This document shows positions 39,020 to 50,774 of a DNA stretch of 64,000 nucleotides, in pieces. The stretch lies in contig NC_068983.1 in assembly GCF_001194135.2 (NCBI RefSeq), forward strand, positions 72,137,262 to 72,201,261, written 5' to 3'. The notes under the pieces are model-generated. The model saw nothing but the letters and a program-made list of their open reading frames with translations. It did not search any database and had not been told where the DNA came from. The translations under genes and the position numbers were made by a program. This DNA comes from Octopus bimaculoides (Eukaryota). The stretch's first letter is position 1, and each line of letters opens with the position of its first letter.

Positions 39020-40420
39020 TTCAGCAAGCAAAGAGGACAATGCTGGACATGTTTCATTCTTACTGGAACTCTTCAATGGAAGTGCACACTTCACATCTTA
39101 AAATGTTTGGGATCAAATTGCTAAGTAAACACAGAAATATTTATCAGTGCAGAGCAGAAATATTTTTAAAAAGTACTTTTTTGAGACATCGCTTGCAATA
39201 TATTTAATAGCCTAATATAAGCAAATTTAAGGTAAAATTTATTATTTACTTTTAGGAATATACTGTTAAATAAAGATATCAAACATATTGATCACTGGAT
39301 GACAGAAAGAAGTGGCTGAGCTACTATTTCATAGAGTGAATTAATTACTCAATAATTCTGATACCAATTTGCTTAAGGCTATCCCTACTTCTATATTATC
39401 CAACTACCTAAACAACTTATATAGCAGTATTTGTATTTGAATCTCAGTTAAAATTTTCTTATTACAAAAATAACACAACATTTCAGTAGGTAAAAATCCC
39501 ATCAAAGTTTTATGTAAGAACCTTTTTATGAATTGTATTCTGAACAGCAAATTAATGATGTTTATTTTGTTAAAACAGCTATATATACATTAGGCCACAA
39601 TAGCAGAGATTAAATATTAATGACAAACATTAAATATTCTAAATAATCATAAAGGTAACTATCAAACAATAATAAATAATGAAAAATTAAATAAACATGA
39701 TTTTAAAATAGATTTAAAATATTCCTAATTAAATATATGTAAGTTATATTCCAAATAAAAAGACTCACTGGGTTTCACACTGCCACTTGACTCTTGGAGT
39801 TCTTCAGCACTTATCTTTAGTGCAGAGACTGAGGCTGAGTGCTTGCAACTCTGTTGCAGGCATTTGAGTTAGGCCTCTGCTCTGAAGACAACCTCTTTTT
39901 ACCAGTCTTTGAAAAAATAATGAAAAAAAGAATCCAACTTTCCACTCCATGCTCCCAGATATAAACTCTCTACTGAATCCAGTTTCTAGAGGAAATTAAA
40001 GGGTGATGAGCCTGAAATCAGCAGCTTAATGGAACTTAATATAACACAAGACCAGCAGTTTAGAGAGGAAGGGTTAGTGGATTAAATTGACCAATAAACA
40101 AAAAAAGTTACAGCAACTCCTTTACATCTCCAAGTGATTAATTTTTTTGATATCTTTTTTTTAACAGTGTATTCTTAGAAATAAATCATAACTTTTGCCT
40201 TAAACATGCTTACACTTACTGAGCTCTTAAACATATTTCAAGTGGTGTTTCAAGAAAATATTATTTTTTCATATATCTGCTCTTTGCTAATAAATATTTC
40301 AGCAGTTCAGTCGCAAATACTTTAGGAAGTTAAGTGGAAAATGCACTTCTACTGAAGTAAGAATGAAACACACCCAGCATTGTCTCCTATCCCTGTCCCT
40401 TGTCAAAGAAAGAATAATAT
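39020..40420. repeat. Old inverted repeat, ~300 bp arms (~39020-39325 and ~40105-40420), ~780 bp spacer
   Basis: Left gacaatgctggacatgtttcattcttact...gaaatatttatcag..gagcaga...tactgttaaataaagatatcaaa..tgatcact matches the reverse complement of the right arm gacaatgctgggtgtgtttcattcttact...gaaatatttattag..gagcaga...cactgttaaaaaaaagatatcaaa..taatcact. Confidence 0.75.
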
Positions 40421-40929
40421 TAGTTAACAAATAATTCCATTTTTCTTTTATCACATGTCTGATGCTTAGATTTTTAACTTTCAAGGATGAAATACGTTTT
40501 CATTTGCTTAATTATAAAACTGACAAGTTCTTTTATGTAGGTCTAGGATTACACTTTGGACACACTCATGGTTGTTTTGGGAAAAGTATTAAAACACATT
40601 AGTAGAGTATATTATTGTTAGAAATAGGGTTGTTAAACCTTTAAGAGAATAGGGAAACATTTCAGAGATTGTTGTAATAAAACCCTCTTTGCAGAGAAAC
40701 GTGATACAATAATGACATAATACAAGTAGAGAGCCAGTAGTAAATGTAATGAAGGCATTTGAATAATATTGAAATTCACCTCACATAAAATCTATGTAAA
40801 TTAGATAAATTAATTCCTTATTTGCCTTCTTTCTGCTGTCTTGTTTGTTAACTAATATCTAATTCTGATCATCAAGTAATTACTTTCTTATTCCACAGCT
40901 ATGTTGCTGGGTGTATTGACATAAGCTGT

Positions 40930-41075
40930 GTAGAAATATTAATACAACTATTCCACCAGGGCAATTATCCTATTTGCAAATTTTCTGCTATCCATCATTG
41001 ATCTATTTCATATAGACCAGACACAACTAACAGATCAACGTCCACTTCTTTACTGACGACTCAACACTTAACCTA
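40930..41075 (+). mobile_element. CR1/Jockey-like RT core remnant
   Basis: ccaccagggcaattatcct (PQG-like) ... gtccacttctttactgacgactcaaca (VHFFTDDST, corresponding to the FADD motif). Confidence 0.5.
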
Positions 41076-42549
41076 TCCTCTTACAATATTTGATTATTGT
41101 GTTCAGATATCATTACCAGCAACAAAGTAATCAATAGCCTTCATTTTAAACACCAATCCCAGCACAGTTTTCAAATATAACATTGAATCAGAGCTTAGTC
41201 ATTTCAGGAAAGAAAAAGCTAAACCTAAATTTTTATGATAATAAGATAGTATAATGATTGTACAAAATCAGGTATAATATTACAGTATATTACTGCAGTG
41301 AAGTGACAATAAAAGTCAGTGGTGCATTGATATATTTGTTGTCATGGAGATGTGTATTATGGTAAACTGTAACAATAGAAAATTCAAATATAACTGATAG
41401 CTATTGATTTAGATTTATATAAATGTTTAATGAGATAATTAAAGAATGGGAAAAAACAAGATGAAATTGAGGAAGTTATAAAATATCAGATTGTTATTAA
41501 AAAAATTGTTTTGAAAGAATACCCAAAATTTCAAAATTTATACCCCACCTTTGCAAGAATTTGTTGTGCTCCGTGAAAGTTGATATGGGAAACAGTAAAG
41601 TGAAATAGTAGGTTTATTTTTTGGGGGGTTGCTGGAGTGGAAAGCTAAGAATGTAAATTTTTGGTAAAGTATAGTAGCTGAGGCTTTAGTTGTTGTCAAA
41701 AATAATAATAAAATTAAACAGTTCAATTAAGAAAATGCTCATTTAAAGTCTATTTAAGAAAACAAATAATAATAAAATGATGATAAAGGTAATAATAAAA
41801 CTAAACAGTTAGGAAAACACTCGTTTAAAGTTATTTAAGAAGTAAATTAATGAACATCAGAGGACACTAAACACAAATATCTTTTCAAACCATTAAAAAT
41901 TAAAGATTATGTAAGTTGATTCCATGAAGGGTAAAGCAAAACAGAAAATAGAAAAAAAATTAAGAATATATCTTTTTGGAAAATTTATAAGCTTCCAAAA
42001 TAGTAGAATCTTATAAAAGAAAATAAAAAGTAAAATTTTTCAAAAACGATTTGTGAGAAGAAATTTACTCTTGTATAAATCATAACTTATTCTATTGATG
42101 AATCTACATGGCAGTGCCCAGTGTGTCATGAGCCTAATATGGAGCCTAATATGCATGAGTCAAATATACTATTGCTGAGTATCCCAGTACTGTGGAAAGC
42201 AGACTGAGATTGGTCAGCATCTGTCTGAAGTTGAACCAGATTGATCAGCTACAAATTGTTTCTGGTAGTTTGTAGAAATGAAACAATGTAGAATTGTATT
42301 TATTCTAGAAACAGGGCAAATTAACAACAGGCTTGAATGCATGGTCCATGAGCAAGTAACCCAGTAGCTTGACTACTCAGTCATCTGATCTATCAAGCAC
42401 AAGTAAATGAGGGAGTCTGTCATTTGGCCATTTCAAAGACAAATCTTTTAATGAAAATCTGTACTATACATTATGCTACCTGAACAAAAACAACAGCTGC
42501 AGCAGCAGAAACTACAAGGTCGTCATCGTTGTCATCATCATTATCATTA

Positions 42550-42990
42550 CTGGCGAACTGGCAGAATCATTAGCATGCTGAGTGAAATGCTTAGCAGTAT
42601 TTCGTCTGCTGCTATGTTCTGAGTTCAAATTCCACCAAAGTCAGCTTGACCTTTCATCCTTTTGGGGTTGATGAAATAAGTACCAGTTACACACTGGGGT
42701 TGATGTAATCGACTAGCACCCTTCCCCCAAAATTTTCAAGGTCTTGTGCCTAGAGTAGAAATAAGTATTATTATTATGAAGGCAGCGAGCTAGCGGAATC
42801 ATTAGCCCATTGAACAAAATGCTTGTCAGTATTTTGTCTGTTACTCCATTCTGAGTTCAAATTCGGCCGAGGTTGACTTTGCCTTTCATCCTTTTGGGAT
42901 CAATAAATTAAGTACCAGTGAAACATTTGGGTCAATATAATCAACTAACCCCTTCCCCAAAATTTCAGGCCTTGTGCCTATAGTAGAAAG
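42550..42990 (+). mobile_element. Two tandem SINE family B copies followed by (TTA)n
   Basis: Copies at ~42550-42770 and ~42778-42990, each ending ggccttgtgccta.agtagaaa.(g)attatt. (TTA)n runs to ~43090. Confidence 0.82.
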
Positions 42991-43003
42991 GATTATTATT
43001 ATC

Positions 43004-43045
<42 letters not shown>

Positions 43046-43050
43046 TATTA

Positions 43051-43089
<39 letters not shown>

Positions 43090-43249
43090 TCCTTTTAATC
43101 TACACGTTTGTTACAATCACTTGCCGAAACACTATCAGCAACTTGGGTGAGTGAAGGATAAGAGATGTTACAGTATGACTGAAAGCTTGGGAGGGGAAGT
43201 GGCAAGGGCAGTAGTGAAATATCTTCATGTAGTACAACACATATTTAAA

Positions 43250-43726
43250 TTGATAGGGTTTTTTAAAGGATGTGGGCAGTATTTGTCAGCACAATCTTTT
43301 GGATTTCTCTGAAACATGGTTCTCTTGGGAGATTATCTACATGTTTCTGACATCTCTTTCTTATCATACCAAGGGCACCTACAACAACAGGAACAGTTCT
43401 TGCTTTAAGATGCCACATCTTTTCTATTTCAATTTACAGGCCCTTATATTTATTTAATTTGTCAAATTCCTTTACAAATATATTTTTATCAGTAGTAACA
43501 CTTACATCTATTAGTCTACAAATATTTTCTTCCCTGTCTTTAATGACTATGTCTGCTTGATTAGCCTGGATCATTCTGTCAGTGCTGACTGGGAAATCCC
43601 AGAGGATAGTGACATTTTTATCTTCAACAACTGGCTTAGGATGATGTTCATATTAGTAAGCTGGAGTGCTGATTTTGTAGTTTTTATATATTTTCCAATG
43701 TAAATGCTGTCCTATCCTATCATGAT
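43250..43726 (-). mobile_element. R4/Dong-like LINE REL endonuclease C-terminus
   Basis: YHDRIGQHLHWKI...TILWDFPVSTDRMIQANQADIVIKD...LIDVSV...KYKGL*IEIEKMWHLKARTVPVVVGALG...IQKIVLTNTAHIL. Confidence 0.88.
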
Positions 43727-44480
43727 AAGTTGATCACAGCAGCTGGAGTTAGGGATAAATCCATATTGCAAGGGCCAGATAAAGGCTGTGAGAATTCCAG
43801 TGTTTCTCTGACACAGGATTCTGTCAGTTTGGCAATGCAGCTAGTAAGACTGACTGGACGATAGTTGACAGGTGACGTGTGATCACCCTTTTTGAACAGA
43901 GGAATGACACTGACAGTTTTCCACTACTGAAAGAAGAGTGAAAGCTAGTGCAGAAGAAAGTACCCACCAAGTTTGAGAAGCAGATATGTAACACCATCAA
44001 GACCAGGAGAAGCATAGTTACACTTATTCTTAAGGCGACATCACAGCATTGCAGGAGTAAATTCCATAGTTATTATGGAATTTGGTGTCAGAGGTGATGG
44101 AGATGGTACGTTTTGGTTTTCAACAGTAAAAATGCCTGCATAACATTCAGCAATGAGCTCTGCACATTCTTTGGGATCGTCAATAATCTGGTTTGTGGGG
44201 GGATTGTGAAGAGGACCAACTGGAAAGTGAAGTCTCTACTTTGAATGTACATATTTTCAGAACACCTTACTGTCAGGGTTGGTTTCTATGCGTTGCTCAA
44301 ATTCAAGCACTGCCCTCTTAGTCACCTGCTTGAGATGGCTGGACGATTTATTGCACTTTTTCTTATCTATATCTGATTTATGCAGTTTGTATTCCCATTC
44401 AGTATTACAATGTTCTTTCTTGGCATGTTTGATTGCTGCAGTCTCCCAAGTTCCACTTTTGGGATGCTTTTGTGCTTATG
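43727..44480 (-). mobile_element. CR1-like LINE RT N-terminal fragment nested in the REL LINE
   Basis: SPGLDGV...WKTVSVIPLFKKGDHTSPVNYRPVSLTSCIAKLTE...QYGFIPNSSCCDQL. Confidence 0.85.
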
Positions 44481-44660
44481 TGGTACTGATGCTGCACATA
44501 CTGTCCATATTAAGTTCAGGATGTTGGTAAGTAAGCTTTGATTTTGTGCCACTAATATGAAACCTTCAGTCTCTACTTTCAGTCCTGAGCTTCTCATCCA
44601 CTGATAGATAGTTGTTTGGTCTACGTCAGCATTTTGGCTTTGAAGTATATACTGCCCATG
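44481..44660 (-). mobile_element. Upstream part of the interrupted R4/Dong-like LINE
   Basis: MRSSGLKVETEGFILVAQNQSLLT, matching the WL...LK.ETEG.I.AAQDQ motif that precedes the CCHC knuckle. Confidence 0.8.
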
Positions 44661-44768
44661 CAGAGGCTTCTGTCTCTACCATTTCTCAATTTGTTTCTGT
44701 CTATTCTTTTTAGTAGTATGTTTGATTTGTTTTGCTTGTTTGGTGGCAGTGGTTTCAGGTTCTTCATC

Positions 44769-44799
<31 letters not shown>

Positions 44800-44835
44800 T
44801 AATTATTATATTATTTATTATATTATTATTATATT

Positions 44836-44866
<31 letters not shown>

Positions 44867-45760
44867 ATTACTTGTATATTGTGAATTGTTTTGTAAATGT
44901 AGTTCTTATTTGTTACTAATGCAGACATAATGTCTGCCCACTATTCATGCATCATCCCTATCTAGTTTTGTTTCTATTGCATTTTCACCTGAATTTCTGT
45001 ATTTCATATGCTTTTCACTCAGTACACCATCATGGCAGCTACCCTTCCCACTGTAACACTATTTCTATTATGTATTCTACTCTGGCCATTTTAGTGTAAT
45101 TCAGTTGCATCAAAATTGAGAAAGTTGACTGGACTTAATGCTGATTAATACAATTATTCTCATAACCTGGCAATAAACAAGACACATTTCTAGCTTCAAT
45201 TGTAACATGTAGTCATCAACACTGCTGCTATTTTGTTCTTTCTCTAATATTCACTTCTGCTTGACACTGAATGCTGAGTGTAGTTACAACTATTCAGACT
45301 GAAACACAAATCCAGATGCAACTTTCTTTTGCCTTTTTATGCCACACTGGCTAAAACTTATATTTGATATTTAAAAGTAGTGTTAATGCACTATTTGGCC
45401 AGCCTTGTTCTCTCTCTCTCTCTCACTCTCTCACTCTATCTCTCTCTCTCTCTCTAACTTGTGTAGATGTGTATAACTAATATCGTATTTGTATTCACAC
45501 TGCCCATCATCTATTCACACTGCCACCTGCTCTCATAAGATGGACAGGTGTATCCAAAGATAGTATCTCACAACTTGTTGCAGTTCTTTGCCGTCTCCTT
45601 CATAAGGTTCAACATCCAGAGATCAAATTTATAATATTTTCCTCTTTCACTTCTACAAGATCCCTCTTTTGTATACGCAAATGTATATAAATACGCACGC
45701 ACGCACACACACACACACACACACATGCAAGCATGCATACACACAAGCGCACATCATACA

Positions 45761-45823
<63 letters not shown>

Positions 45824-46759
45824 GCATTTGGACTTACTTGCAGCATAAAAAAACAGATATGAAAATTTTCAAGTAGCAACAAGATAAAACCTCAATTCAA
45901 ATGAATGAATGCATGTTTCATGTAGTAGTTTTCCAATAAGTTTTAGTAGTTATGGCCAAGGCTATGACTCTTTTCAGAGCCTCCAAGGCTAGTGAGAGGA
46001 AGGGAGAAAGTTATATCCAATGAGGCACCAGGGACCTGTTCTGAATGCTTGCAACAAAGTGGACTCAGTTAAAAATCACCCAAGATGAAGTCTATCATAA
46101 AACAAAAGAAAGACAAGAAAAAAAAAAATCCAGTAACAGTTCAACTGACAAGTTTTCCCCACAGTTTCTGATAAATAAATTTTACTCTCAAGGCTTTGGC
46201 CAAGGTATCACACAGTGAGATCAAACCCCAAACCACATTTCTATAGAGTGAACTTCTTAATCACACAACCATGTTAGTACAGGCATCCAAGCACCCACCC
46301 ACACACATAACCAAGCACTTTATTTCAAATACTTTGACATCATTGACTTTATTATCAAGAATAACCATGCTTACCATTCATTAGCCTGTCTATAAACACA
46401 GCAGCTTCAATTAAATCGATTGTCAGAAATGCAAAGACTTTTGTTGCTTTTCATCTTACTGACAGCACAACATAAATGACATTTGCTCATTAAATGTAAA
46501 GGGGGAAGGTGTCACTGGAGCAATATATAATTTGTCACAATAGAACAATATCTTTGTTTCCATGCACCTTATTGAATGCTTCATTCAAACACAATTCATT
46601 CGATATGGAATAGTACCATCCGATTTAGCTAGAGATAGCATCTAAATTACTCTCAAATCACATACTGCTGTTCTATAAAAACACAGGACACACTGAATGA
46701 TATAGTCCAATGTGTCTACAATGAATTACATTATGCAGCAGAAAAATACAGATGGTATA

Positions 46760-46895
46760 GTTCATCATCATCATCATCATCATCGTTTAACGTCCACTTT
46801 CCATGCTAGCATGGGTTGGACGATTTGCCTGAGGACTGGTGGACCAGGTGGCTACACCAGGCACCAATCTGATTTGGCAGAGGTTCTACAGCTGG
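46760..46895 (-). mobile_element. RTE-type 3' tail fragment
   Basis: catcatcatcgtttaacgtccactttccatgctagcatgggttggacg...ccaatctgatttggcagag..tctacagctgga. Confidence 0.8.
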
Positions 46896-47439
46896 ATTGA
46901 GAAACTTTTAATTACATGTCTGCTCAATTGGGCCCAAGTTGAGCTAATCAACAGCAAACATGCAATCACAAGCTGTCAAAGAAGCCTTTATACAATCACT
47001 CAAACAGTCCTGCTAGAAATAACAGCCACATTTCTCTCAAACTGCATCTTAGTATCTTAATAAAAAGACAAACATATTGGATGATATAATCCAATATGTC
47101 CATTGTCATGATCATTGCTGGTATACTTTTTATCGGAAGTTTCTTCAGTCAGAGCTGGACTGTGGCTAAATAACCTCACCAACAACAACAACAACACAAT
47201 GAGGAGCTAGCAATGGAACCTCAACATGATCATCCAATCTGCTGGTAATAACAGCTAAGTCTCTCTTAAATCACACCCTACCTCAGAAAATGAAATAATA
47301 TATTTTTAGTTACATTATGCTTAGAATAAGGCTAGAAAGGTCATGGCCAGAGTGCTGTTAATGATAGCTCTGCTGAATCAGAATGACTTAAGATTCTACA
47401 ACAATGACAATTACACATGAATTTCAAAGTGATATACAG

Positions 47440-47513
47440 TGAAAGAGAAAGAGAAACAGAGAGGGAGAGAGAGAGAGTGGGAGGGAGAGGGAGGGAGGAA
47501 GGGAGAGAGAGAA

Positions 47514-47578
<65 letters not shown>
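47440..47578. repeat. (GA)n / purine microsatellite
   Basis: Directly visible. Confidence 0.95.
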
Positions 47579-47581
<3 letters not shown>

Positions 47582-48544
47582 TTATTGTTTGGAAAGGAAT
47601 AAGTATTTCTGCAATCTTGATTGTATTGGAAAGAAATAAGCATTTCTAGCCTCCCACAGAAATTATTTACAACAGTATTGAAAACAAGGGGAAAAAATAT
47701 CGTTTGAATTTGTGCTGGCTTTGATTTTATGCTATATCACCACTACTGCTACTGTTATTCACAAAATGGGATTTAAAACTATTATTTTTCAGCTCTAATA
47801 ATATCATCATCTAAGTAATTGGTTTTCATTCAGAGAAAAATATAAGTTCATGTCTTACCATTGACAGAGGTGATTCAACCTGTTTTACTTAGATTCCTTA
47901 CATATTGTGTGTGTGTGTGTGTGTGTGTGTGTGAGTGTGAGGGTGTGTGTGTAAAGATTTATATAATGTGTGAATGTATGGTTGAAGATGTATGAAACTA
48001 TAAATGCTTATATGTGTATTATTGTCTATATATCCATGTATGTGTGAGTTTGAATATATATATCTTGTTGAACAAACATGCATGAAAATGCATTTATATG
48101 TTCATATATATATATTCAAAATGTGTACGACTGTCAACATATACTGGTGAACAGGAACAATGTGTAACACACACAATTTTCATTGCTCTTCAGTGTTGGC
48201 AACTCAAATCCTATTATTCAAACATTATTCGTATTAGAAATCAATTATCATAAATCAACAGAAAAACTAGCAATCTGATAAAAAGATCAGAAAGTAAAAC
48301 CTTTTGCACAAGCCTACAAACAAATATAAAAACAACATACACAAGTATATTTGTGTGTGAGTGTATGTGGGCATGGGTGTGTGGTATTCAGTATTTTTTC
48401 TGGATGTTTATTGTATCCATCTTAAGAGGAGGCTTACACTAAAGATTACATGCACACACACACATGTAGATATGTAGATAACAAATGTGTATGTATATGT
48501 GTGTGTGTGTGTGTGCATGTAAGTGTGTGTGAGTGAGTGAGTAA

Positions 48545-48850
48545 AAAGCACCATTCGAGCATGGTTGAAACCAGTACCACCTGACTGGCTCCTGTGCTGA
48601 TGGCACATAAAAAGCACCATTTGATCATGGTCGATGCCAGTACTGCCTGACTGGCCTCTGTGCTGGTGACATGTAAAAAACACCCACTATACTCTCGGAG
48701 TGGTTGGCATTAGGAAGGGCATCCAGATGTAGAAATTTTGCCAGATCATATTGGAGCCTGGTGCAGTTTCCTGGCTTGCCAGTCCTCAGTCAAACAGTCC
48801 AACCCATGCCAGCATGAAAAGCAGATGCTAAACAATGATGATTGATGATG
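48545..48850 (+). mobile_element. RTE 3' UTR fragment with internal tandem units and (GAT)n tail
   Basis: aaaaagcaccatt...ctggctcctgtgctg.tggcac.taaaaagcacc...actctcggagtggttggcattaggaagggcatccag...aacccatgccagcatg. Confidence 0.82.
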
Positions 48851-48898
48851 ATAATATGTATATATGTATGTGTGTGTCTATATATATTTATATATATA

Positions 48899-48992
48899 TC
48901 AGATTGGAGCCTCAGTCAAATCGTCCAACCCATGCTAGCATGGAAAGCGGACGTTAAACGACGATGATGATGATGATGATGATGATGATGAT
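48899..48992 (+). mobile_element. Short RTE-tail insert within (TA)n
   Basis: (at)n-cagattggagcctcagtcaaatcgtccaacccatgctagcatggaaagcggacgttaaacgacgatgatg-(at)n. Confidence 0.8.
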
Positions 48993-49177
48993 ATATATAT
49001 ATATATATATATAGTGTAAACAGAGCGGTTGTAATAACTGACTAAGGGATAAAATATCTGTATGTACTATCGGTATCCATTACCTGTACTAACCCCAGGC
49101 TTTGGTATGCAGGCACACTATGCTCGCAGAGTGCAGGTAACAACAGGATAAATAAGAGTTTATCAGGATCCAAATAT

Positions 49178-49486
49178 AAATAATCAGAAAATGGAGAAAA
49201 CTTTAAATTAAGAAACACATCGATTGGACCACATTTATAGCTTATTTTTTAATATACAAAGCATGACATAACAAAGACCAACTAAAAACTATCTTAAAGA
49301 GGAGCATCATCAAACCTTCAAGAATAAGAAACATAACTATTTGCTGTTCAATTTCACAGTGGAATTGTACCTAGCTTCTCTGACCAAATATTTACATGTC
49401 TTATCTGCAACTGAATCTTTACATCAAGGATCCTCTAATATAGTCATTATATAGTTTGAAGGGCAGCTATAAGCATATGTATATGA

Positions 49487-49551
<65 letters not shown>

Positions 49552-49665
49552 AATAATCAGAAAGGAGAAAACCTCAGATTAACAAACATCGATAGGACTA
49601 CATTTATAGCTTATTTTTGCTGTTCAATTTCACAGTGGAATTGTACCCAGCCTCTCTGACCAAAT
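49178..49665. repeat. Local duplication: 49178-49389 recopied at 49551-49665 with a ~90 bp internal deletion
   Basis: aaataatcagaaa..ggagaaaac...catcgat.ggac.acatttatagcttattt[~90 bp absent in copy 2]ttgctgttcaatttcacagtggaattgtacc.agc.tctctgaccaaat. Confidence 0.85.
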
Positions 49666-49909
49666 GTTTCTTTGGTTTTGCCAGGTCTTGATCATGGTGA
49701 AAGTGGTCATAGAGAACCTAACAGGGAATCCACCAGTCAGACATGTGCACTATGTGGACAACCATAACAATATACATAATTATATACTTATACACTCACT
49801 CATATATACATACAACACACATGTGCACATACATACTTACACACATCAAACACTATGCTAACCAGATTCTTGCATGAGTACTACTGAGCTGATTGCCTGG
49901 GTTTAACTC

Positions 49910-50269
49910 ATCTCCTCAATTTGGTTTGGCTCAGGTTCAGTCTTATTTCTAGTAGGGTTTATGTGGGTAGTGGGTCACTACCTGTAACCTTAGGTATCCA
50001 CAAGTTTTCAGCAGTCTTTCAAATGATTAAAACTCTCCCACTAATCTTTATGTCTCTTAGAAACAAACTTTCTACAAAAGCTCTACCGGGAATTCTACTT
50101 CAATCTCCTTCAGCCATTTGTCTATATCATTGCTCACTGTTCCCAATGTACCAATTATTATAGGCATGACCTTTACTGCTCTCATGTTCCAAATTCTTCC
50201 TATTTCAAATTTTAAGGGATTGTATTTTTTTATTTTGCTTTTCTTCCTCATTCTTTACAATCTTGGAAT
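49910..50269 (-). mobile_element. 3' end of an R4/Dong-like (REL) LINE, 5'-joined to U6
   Basis: IPRL*RMRKKSK..KYNPLKFEIGRIWNMRAVKVMPIIIGTLGTVSNDIDKWLKEI...LL*KVCF, the same motif series as 43250-43726 (KY..L..EI...W.....V.PVV.GALG). Confidence 0.78.
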
Positions 50270-50368
50270 AAAAAGTATAGAACACTTCACGAATTTGCAT
50301 ATCCTTGTGCAGAGGCCATGCTAATCTTTTCTGTATCATTCCAATTTTAGAATATGTACTGCTGTAGC
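50270..50368 (-). pseudogene. U6: U6 snRNA pseudogene (near full length, ~6 nt missing at 5' end)
   Basis: gctacagcagtacatattctaaaattggaatgatacagaaaagattagcatggcctctgcacaaggat---atgcaaattcgtgaagtgttctatacttttt aligns with canonical U6 (as recalled) with ~12 substitutions (5 CpG-type) and a 3-nt deletion. The ACAGAGA box is mutated to ACAGAAA. Confidence 0.93.
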
Positions 50369-50404
50369 TATATTATTATCATTATTTTTATTGTTATTAT
50401 TATT

Positions 50405-50730
50405 TGCCTATCATCCTTTTGGGTTCGATAAAATAAGTACCAGTTGAGTACTGGGGTGGATGTAATTGACTATGCCCCCTCCCCCAAATTTTAGGCCTTG
50501 TACTTATAGTAGAAAGGATTATTATTATTAAGGTAGTGAACTAGTAGAATCTTTAGCGTACCAGGCAAAATGCTTATTGGTATTTTTTCTGTCTTTATCC
50601 AAATTCCACTGAGGCTGACTTTGTCTTTCATCCTTCTGGAGTCGATAAAATAAGTATCAATTGACTGGGGGAGGGGATGTAATTGACTTATTCTCTGCCC
50701 AAAGATTGCTGGCCTTGTACCAAAATTGAA
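50405..50730 (+). mobile_element. Two SINE family B copies (partial plus near full)
   Basis: catccttttgggttcgataaaataagtaccagttgagtactggggt...ggccttgtac..; ggtagtgaactagtagaatc...ggccttgtaccaaaattgaa. Confidence 0.75.
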
Positions 50731-50774
50731 ATCATCATCATCATCATCATCATTATTATTACTATTATTATTTT

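Noticed and set aside
39769-39906. Candidate minus-strand exon ending in A|gtgagt
   Set aside because: The best-looking acceptor (39907) gives stops in all three frames. A shorter 114-nt version (from 39882) is open but encodes unrecognised low-complexity sequence.
50270-50368. Functional U6 gene
   Set aside because: Mutated ACAGAGA box, 3-nt deletion, truncated 5' end, CpG decay, and microsatellite/SINE in place of an upstream PSE/TATA promoter.
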